DNA from: Eledone cirrhosa
Taxonomy: Eukaryota
NCBI GenBank assembly: GCA_964016885.1
Contig: OZ024743.1
Location: 2,480,001-2,544,000 of the forward strand
DNA: 64,000 bases
Reading direction: 5' to 3'
Of this stretch, positions 58,701-64,000 are shown in pieces (the stretch's first letter is position 1; every line of letters begins with the position of its first letter). The notes below the pieces were generated by a model. It made no database searches and was not told the origin of the DNA. It saw only the letters and a program-made list of their open reading frames with translations. Position numbers and translations under genes: made by a program.

Positions 58701-60229
58701 TTCATTTAATAGTTGTTGATAATGAAGGCTGAATACTGGCAATTAGAAGATTTAACTTTTAACATCCTGTACTGCATGAAATCACATTAAGAAGACATTC
58801 TTGAAAAATACAAAACAATGTTGTGGCTGCATCAGATTCAGTATTCATCTTTACTGCAAATTTCCACAATGATCTGTCCACTAGTATAAAAATTTGAATT
58901 AATAAACCCATCTATAGGTATTTTCTTATAAATCATTAGAAAATGTTTGAGTTAATTAATAAATAGTAGTTTTATGTAACTTATTTTTTATATGACTGAT
59001 TTTTCTTTGCTGTAGTGCCAAGATACTTTGGTTCAGTTTGGAAGCTTTTTATCAATGCAACTAAGTACAGAGGAGTTTATCAAGCGGCTACCACCAATCA
59101 ATGAATTAATTGGTGTCTATCATGTCCCCCAAGATGCTGCTTTCTTTCTATGCAGACCATTATATTCATATAGAGTCAATGTAAGTATTTATATTGTATT
59201 TATCAAATCTATTTTGATAAACCCTTTTCAATCTTTGTTTAAATGTTTTATTATAGACCTTCTTGGTACTGTTCTCTATCTCTAGTCATTATATCTAATA
59301 ACTATATCTATGCTTCATAGTCAGATCAGATCATTAAATGATGATGTTGATGATGAACATATACTTTCCTGTTTTGTTAAAAAATAAATGTTTTGTTTTT
59401 TATTTTATTTTTATTCAGACTAAATTTGAGGAATTGAAAAAAGCCGAGAAGTCTAGTAAACAATTGTCCAGTCAACAAAAGGTAGGTGTTTGTTACTTTA
59501 TCTTTTAAACTGTACAATTGTGTACACCAGGCGTATCGAACTGAAGGACTCAAAAGGGCCATTACGTTATTGGGTATATTGTCTACCTATTCTTTTGGCC
59601 AATTACATCCCAAGAGGGGCCAACTTGCTGCAGAAGGGTTGTATTATCTGTTAGTCTTTTAGGCCAATCACTTATCATGAGAGTCCAGCCTGCTGGGATG
59701 AGGTATATTATCTGCTCTCTTACTGGGAAGGAGTATACTATCTGCTGGTCAATTACTTCCCACGAGAGCCCAACTTGCTAAGAAGGGTTATACTATCTGC
59801 TCGTCTTTTAGGTCAATTACTTCCCATGGGAGACTAATGTGTTGGGAAAGAGGTACACTATTCCATCTCTGCCCACTTTTTTATCTTCTGTCTCGTGGGT
59901 ACTTTACCCAATTTTTCAACTATTATTATAATTGCCAAGGTTGACTTTGCCTTTCATCCTTATGGGGTCGATAAAATAAAGTACCAGTAATGCACTGGGT
60001 AATTGCTGGCCTTGTGCCTAAAGTAGAAACAATTATTATAATTATCTATGATGGGACCATGACAATTTCAAATTTTCCAAATGTTTTGTAAGCCAACCAG
60101 ATGTTTAAAATAATTGTTGTTTTACATTTTACAGACTCAGAAATATGTTGAAGCAAGTTCCATTGTTATGGAACCTGTGATTGAGTTGATTCGTCCATTG
60201 TATCCTGCTAAGGTGTGGGATGATCTGAG
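28696..60229 (+). CDS. THOC2: THO complex subunit 2, 5' part (22 coding exons, about 867 aa; gene continues beyond the window)
   Basis: Exons join in frame. Motifs [75 protein letters not shown] and LMAQQRDGV match recalled THOC2/Tho2. Confidence 0.97.
31990..34258 (+). mobile_element. Degenerate RTE LINE (stops, frameshifts, deletions) in THOC2 intron 1
   Basis: Colinear with 15319-17239 protein ([28 protein letters not shown]); 3' UTR and (GAT)n tail. Confidence 0.92.
34290..34475 (-). mobile_element. Degenerate restriction-like-endonuclease (CRE-like) retrotransposon fragment
   Basis: [15 protein letters not shown]...A...[13 protein letters not shown]...CEAFG fits the WD.T..D..A.S/E..K..KY/ET.G pattern. 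Confidence 0.6.
35495..36512 (+). mobile_element. Degenerate RTE LINE fragment interrupted by an inverted RTE 3'-UTR piece (35735-35880)
   Basis: [18 protein letters not shown]; continues after the insertion to the (GAT)n tail. Confidence 0.82.
36562..36709 (+). CDS. THOC2: THOC2 exon 2
   Basis: tacag|[24 protein letters not shown]|gtaagt. Confidence 0.9.
37388..37438 (-). ncRNA. Type I hammerhead ribozyme motif (core C3>U variant)
   Basis: aatgtca-tTGATGA-tGGATtaaaagATCCt-GAAA-CATtaGTG-TC-tggcatt. Confidence 0.6.
37587..37637 (+). ncRNA. Type I hammerhead ribozyme motif (core G12>A variant)
   Basis: aatggca-CTGATGA-tGGATTgaaaAATCCt-aAAA-CACtaGTG-TC-tgacgtt; GUC cleavage triplet ending at 37630. 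Confidence 0.6.
38450..38800. repeat. About 58-bp minisatellite
   Basis: Unit ggtttatctagaagggtctgtgcccgtaacactcacaggctctctcagaacaat. Confidence 0.85.
39329..39380 (+). CDS. THOC2: THOC2 exon 3
   Basis: tctag|[18 protein letters not shown]|gtaagg. Confidence 0.9.
39935..40320 (+). mobile_element. Degenerate CRE-like (RLE) retrotransposon 3' fragment
   Basis: [69 protein letters not shown] resembles the DGKRPDG.TL.P and QR.S.AIQRGNA motifs. Confidence 0.6.
40590..40895. repeat. About 77-bp tandem array derived from the end of a TTAA-bounded MITE
   Basis: Repeated ttcatagaaccagagctggttttgg..agttaaatag; single copy at 55670-55742. Confidence 0.8.
41013..41200 (-). mobile_element. tRNA-derived SINE A, well preserved
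   Basis: Reverse complement of family A consensus. Confidence 0.85.
41467..41537 (+). CDS. THOC2: THOC2 exon 4
   Basis: tctag|[25 protein letters not shown]|gtaagt. Confidence 0.9.
42143..42264 (+). CDS. THOC2: THOC2 exon 5
   Basis: ttcag|[24 protein letters not shown]|gtaagt. Confidence 0.93.
43591..43724 (+). CDS. THOC2: THOC2 exon 6
   Basis: tacag|[26 protein letters not shown]|gttggt. Confidence 0.94.
44796..44956 (+). CDS. THOC2: THOC2 exon 7
   Basis: tgaag|[21 protein letters not shown]|gtaaac. Confidence 0.94.
45670..45762 (+). CDS. THOC2: THOC2 exon 8
   Basis: tctag|[31 protein letters not shown]|gtaagt. Confidence 0.93.
46282..46623 (+). mobile_element. tRNA-derived SINE B head joined to RTE 3' modules
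   Basis: tggcttagtggttagagc..gagttcaattc, ccttgagcaagacactttatttcac body, then RTE UTR segment and (GAT)n tail; other SINE B copies near 23105-23620, 28240-28360, 34593-34715. Confidence 0.75.
47212..47361 (+). CDS. THOC2: THOC2 exon 9
   Basis: tatag|[18 protein letters not shown]|gtaagt. Confidence 0.92.
47667..47839 (+). CDS. THOC2: THOC2 exon 10
   Basis: tttag|[27 protein letters not shown]|gtaagt. Confidence 0.93.
48813..49005 (+). CDS. THOC2: THOC2 exon 11
   Basis: cttag|[30 protein letters not shown]|gtatga. Confidence 0.93.
49881..50041 (+). CDS. THOC2: THOC2 exon 12
   Basis: ttcag|[32 protein letters not shown]|gtaagt. Confidence 0.93.
51266..51367 (+). CDS. THOC2: THOC2 exon 13
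   Basis: ctcag|[21 protein letters not shown]|gtaagc. Confidence 0.94.
51456..51663. mobile_element. piggyBac-like MITE
   Basis: TTAA|CCCTgTAGCATT..AATGCTAAAGGG|TTAA. Confidence 0.85.
52085..52169 (+). CDS. THOC2: THOC2 exon 14
   Basis: tatag|[29 protein letters not shown]|gtaagt. Confidence 0.95.
52315..52740 (-). mobile_element. RTE LINE 3' fragment inserted into a SINE A
   Basis: Nearly identical to 6560-6975; SINE halves ctttcatccttccagagtc| and |aataaaataaagtacc on either side. Confidence 0.9.
53442..53535 (+). CDS. THOC2: THOC2 exon 15
   Basis: tgcag|[32 protein letters not shown]|gtatcctt (U12 donor). Confidence 0.93.
54041..54231 (+). mobile_element. RTE subfamily-2 3' fragment inside the U12 intron
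   Basis: Reverse complement of 18187-18380. Confidence 0.88.
54750..54980. repeat. About 38-bp minisatellite
   Basis: Repeated gcaggggtcaactgcac..aaattta. Confidence 0.8.
55248..55328 (+). CDS. THOC2: THOC2 exon 16
   Basis: ccaag|[29 protein letters not shown]|gtaatt. Confidence 0.92.
56424..56650 (-). mobile_element. 3' fragment of a different RTE-type LINE
   Basis: [33 protein letters not shown]. Confidence 0.7.
56774..56870 (+). CDS. THOC2: THOC2 exon 17
   Basis: gtcag|[35 protein letters not shown]|gtatgt. Confidence 0.94.
57085..57275 (+). mobile_element. SINE A nested in an older SINE
   Basis: Full head-to-tail family A copy flanked by attatRtgtatatgtgt duplication. Confidence 0.85.
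57605..57722 (+). CDS. THOC2: THOC2 exon 18
   Basis: tgtag|[26 protein letters not shown]|gtagtg. Confidence 0.94.
58430..58609 (+). CDS. THOC2: THOC2 exon 19
   Basis: tttag|[28 protein letters not shown]|gtattt. Confidence 0.95.
59016..59180 (+). CDS. THOC2: THOC2 exon 20
   Basis: tgtag|[28 protein letters not shown]|gtaagt. Confidence 0.94.
59419..59481 (+). CDS. THOC2: THOC2 exon 21
   Basis: ttcag|[21 protein letters not shown]|gtaggt. Confidence 0.9.
60135..60229 (+). CDS. THOC2: THOC2 exon 22
   Basis: tacag|[24 protein letters not shown]|gtaagt. Confidence 0.92.
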
Positions 60230-61951
60230 GTAAGTAAAATATCAGGATAAGGGGAGGAGGAGGCTGAAATGTCAGGAATCGGATCAAAAGTCAAAAAATT
60301 TTAACATAATAGTGAATATAATCCATACATCAATGGGGCACCAGAATATAAACATAACATATGAAATATCTAAAAGAACATAAGTCAACATCAAAGTGGC
60401 TTATGTAGTGATGATTGCAACGATATTCTTTACAGCTTATTATTTTCTTTTTCTCCTACTGCAACAGTGTAGATATTGTTGGCTCTTCATTCCCTTTAGC
60501 TACCATGCTTTGATGGATGTGTGGGTAAGCTGAGAGAGAAATTGAGTATAGGAGGAATCAAATGTGGTGTGCAAGAAAGAAGACGGTGCTGATATGGATA
60601 TGTGATGTGTATAGATGATTGCTAGGTGAAAAAGTACCAGGAGCTCCCTGTATGTGTGTGTGTGTGTGGGGGGGGGGGGGGGGCTCTGTAAGCATGGAAA
60701 AAGGATGATGATTAGGATTAACTGAAAGCTTGAATAGAATCATTTTGATAGAATAACTCAGAAATAAACAACATATATTTTACTGACAAAAAATTTAACT
60801 GTCTTCTTTTTTAATGTTTCATAACTAGAAATTTGATTAGAAATTGTCTTGAAACAAATCTGTTTTGGAAAATTAATATTGATCATCTGTTAAACATATC
60901 CATTATTTTTTTTCACACTCACATTTTTTAGTAAACTCTTGATACAAAGCTGCCTGAAATTGCCTTTGGTTTTTCAATGCAGTCTGTTTATTTTAAATTA
61001 TTTATATTTATCTAAAAACCATCCATTGTTATTTGATACAAGAACATTTATATTCCAAACATCAGCTTGTTCACTATTCATATTAAGAAAGTTATTTTAC
61101 TAAATCACTTCAAATACTTCATTATTTTAAACATCATTTAAAAATCACAAGCAGTAGTTTAGAAATATGGTAACAAAAGGGTTAATGACAGGCTGTGTGT
61201 TTCATTAGAAATATGGTAAAAAAGGGTTAATCATATCAAAGTTTTCTATCATTCTTCAATGATTATTGCATTTCATAGTTAGTAATTCACTTTTACCAAT
61301 ATTAAAATTACAATTTTAACAATATTCTGTGCTCTTATCATCACACCACCAACACTATCACTCCATCATCACAACCACCACCACTATCACTCCATCATCA
61401 CAACCACCACCACTACTATCACCTCACATACACATACAATCACTACCACCACCGTTACCATCTTTATTTTACATCCGCTTTCCATGATGGCAAGGGTTGG
61501 ATGGGTCACCATGGTCTAAGACTAGATGGATCAGAAAACATCTTGCTTATATGTTCTATATTTTGTCGTGGTTTCTACAGCTGGATGTCTTTCCTAACAT
61601 ACTAATTTCCAGAGTGAATTGGGTGCATTCAATTGTAGCACCAGCACTACCATTTTACAGTGTACTGAATGTATTTTATCATTACACTAGCTAGCACTAC
61701 CACTTTACAAAGTGTACTGGGTGCAGTTTACCATAGCACAGGTACTACCACTTTACAGAGTGTAGTTGGTGCATTTTATTGTGGCTCCAGCCCTACCACT
61801 ATACAGTGTACTGGGTGTATTTTACCTTAATATCAAATGAATATGAGAATTGTAGGGTTTTCCCCCACTGCTAAAATTTGTTAATGAAATTTTGCCTTTT
61901 TTCATACAAAGTAGAATTTTTTTAGCTATACAGATTACACAATTATCCTCA

Positions 61952-62908
61952 TCTATATATATAAAACTGTGGTTGTCTGTCTGTCTATCGATTTTTGGCA
62001 CACATCTCCTCTTAGAATCTCTCACGGAATTGCACCGAAATTGCTATACTTGTACATTGAGCCCTAGCGAAGACATCGGAAAAAAAAAATTTCAAATTAA
62101 CCCACCCTATGTGACGAAATCGAATATAATGTATCGATTTTTGAGCGTAAGTTATCAGTTATTTCCCTTTGTTCTGTTTACATTGAGCGTCTTACGTAAA
62201 AAATTACGCTGGCTTTCTCAGCGTTTAAAATGACATTAACACAATACACGAACAGACAGTTGTCGAGCCAGCAAAATATTGACCTGCAAAATTCATCAGT
62301 TCGAACACTAAGCTTCCGTTTTGCTTCATTTCCATTTAAAAGCATTTTAAAACAATATTTTTACTTGAAAACAAGTCTATTTAAAGACTACGTAAAACAA
62401 GCAAATATTTCGTCGTTAGGCGTGCAGACAGACAGTCGTGCAGAGAGGTGATATAGGCGTGCAGACAGACAGTCGTACAGAGAGGTGATATAGGCGTGCA
62501 GACAGACAGTCGTGCAGAGAGGTGATATAGGCGTGCAGAGAGGTGATATAGGCGTGCAGACAGACAGTCGTGCAGAGAGGTGATATAGGCGTGCAGACAG
62601 ACATAACTGATAATTTGGTTACGCTAATGTTTTTCTCTGCGTTGCAGTGTTTACATTTTCGATCTTTGTTAATAAATAACCAGTGCAGTTTCTATCCCCA
62701 GCATCCTCTTTTGTTATAACATTCGGGTTATCGTTATGTTTTCTTAACTTCATAAGGCATATTGTTGGTTGAGGGAATATTAATCAAAAACACCACATGC
62801 AAGTCTGCACAGTAGACACTACAGTTTTTAAGCCAAAAAAGAAACTTAACATTGTAACTTTAACACAGCTACTGAGCGACCCCGAGCAACGCCGGGCTTT
62901 ACTGCTAG
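61952..62908 (+). mobile_element. Non-autonomous Helitron with internal 33-bp minisatellite (62418-62602)
   Basis: A|TCTATATATATAAAA start; cccgagcaacgccggg hairpin; CTAG|T end. Confidence 0.85.
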
Positions 62909-62911
62909 TTA

Positions 62912-63792
62912 TCTATATATATAAAATTGAGGATGTATGCCTGTGTGTGTGTGTGTGAGTTTGAATCCCTAAAACTCGAGAAGCACCCAACCGACTGTTT
63001 TCAAACTTTACACATGTAATACTTATGTTTCAGGGAGTGTTCTGAGCAAAAAAAATTCAAATTTTCAATGCCCTAGGAACTGCATTAGGCGATTTAGCGA
63101 TCTCTCTCTATAATTCTTAGTTTTTCTCTTTGTAGATACATACATATAACGTTGCACCCTTATAATATCTGTCTGTATGCCTGGCTGTCTGCATTACGTC
63201 AATTCCCTGAGGATGACTGTCTCTGTGTGTGTCTGAGTTTGAATCCCTAAAACTCGAGAAGTACCCAACCGATGTTTTTCAAACTTTACATGTGTATTAC
63301 TTATCTTTCAGGGAGTGTTAAGCACATTAGGTGAAAAACTGTGTTTTTTAAAGCTTTTTAGGGGTTTTTTGAGGCGTTACGTCAGACTGATTTCCATGAA
63401 ATTGTAACTATGTATTAGTCAGTCTCTTCTTCATACCGTGAGCAAACAAAATCCAACTTTTTTATGGCCTAGGGCCCGCATTAGGTGAAAAACTTCATTT
63501 TTTCAGCTTTTAGGGCTTTTTGGAGGCGTTAAGTCTAGCTGATTTTCCCGAAATTTCAAAGCATATGCGCATTAAAAAAATTAATTTTCTTGAGCCCCTA
63601 GGGCCCGCATTAGGTGAAAACCTGCATTTTTCTTGCTTCATCGAGGAAAATCTTAAAGATTATCCAGCCATCAGAGTATCCGGTTTATTTTCTTGACATA
63701 TTGTCCAGGCATGAGTTTTTCCACGGTTAGGTCTGTTGGCGGCCCGCGTTCCAAAATACCTTATCCCGTGCAACACCGGGTACCACTGCTAG
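62912..63792 (+). mobile_element. Second non-autonomous Helitron, directly in tandem
   Basis: A|TCTATATATATAAAA start; cccgtgcaacaccggg hairpin; CTAG|T end; internal duplications. Confidence 0.85.
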
Positions 63793-63890
63793 TCTGGAAT
63801 ATTTTAAACACTGAATTCGCTCAATCTGATCAATAGATAAATAGTTAGTTTGGCAGGCAGATGTCTAACTACTCTCAGAATAATTTAAGT

Positions 63891-63977
63891 AATCACTAAA
63901 ATTCATGCCTTACAGTTATATCACTAAAATTCATGCCTTACAGTTATATCACTAAAATTCATGCCTTACAGTTATAT
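63891..63977. repeat. 28-bp tandem repeat x3
   Basis: atcactaaaattcatgccttacagttat. Confidence 0.9.
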
Positions 63978-64000
63978 TTTCTTTTTTATGATACTATACA

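Overview
AT-rich, repeat-dense animal genomic DNA. The repeat landscape looks cephalopod/octopus-like, which is an inference. The window holds two intron-rich + strand genes: (1) a complete TMEM144 coding region (10 coding exons, 850-21620, 1125 nt, 374 aa) and (2) the 5' part of THOC2 (22 coding exons, 28696-60229, about 867 codons, continuing past the window). THOC2 has an ETS-CRE composite motif upstream of its ATG and a U12-type GT-AG intron (53536-55247). Introns and the intergenic space contain RTE-clade LINEs, including a young 5'-truncated copy with about 640 open codons and a PHD-type finger inside the RT region. They also contain fragments of CRE-like and I-group LINEs, two tRNA-derived SINE families, non-autonomous Helitrons, hAT/Tc1/TTAA MITEs, a (TTC)~200 tract and many minisatellites. 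The most unusual signal is a set of small non-coding elements carrying type I hammerhead ribozyme motifs (15076-15295, 21740-22080, 37330-37696), two of them arranged as inverted repeats, resembling non-autonomous Penelope-like/retrozyme elements. Exon boundaries were read by eye from splice signals and reading-frame continuity. Repeat boundaries are approximate.
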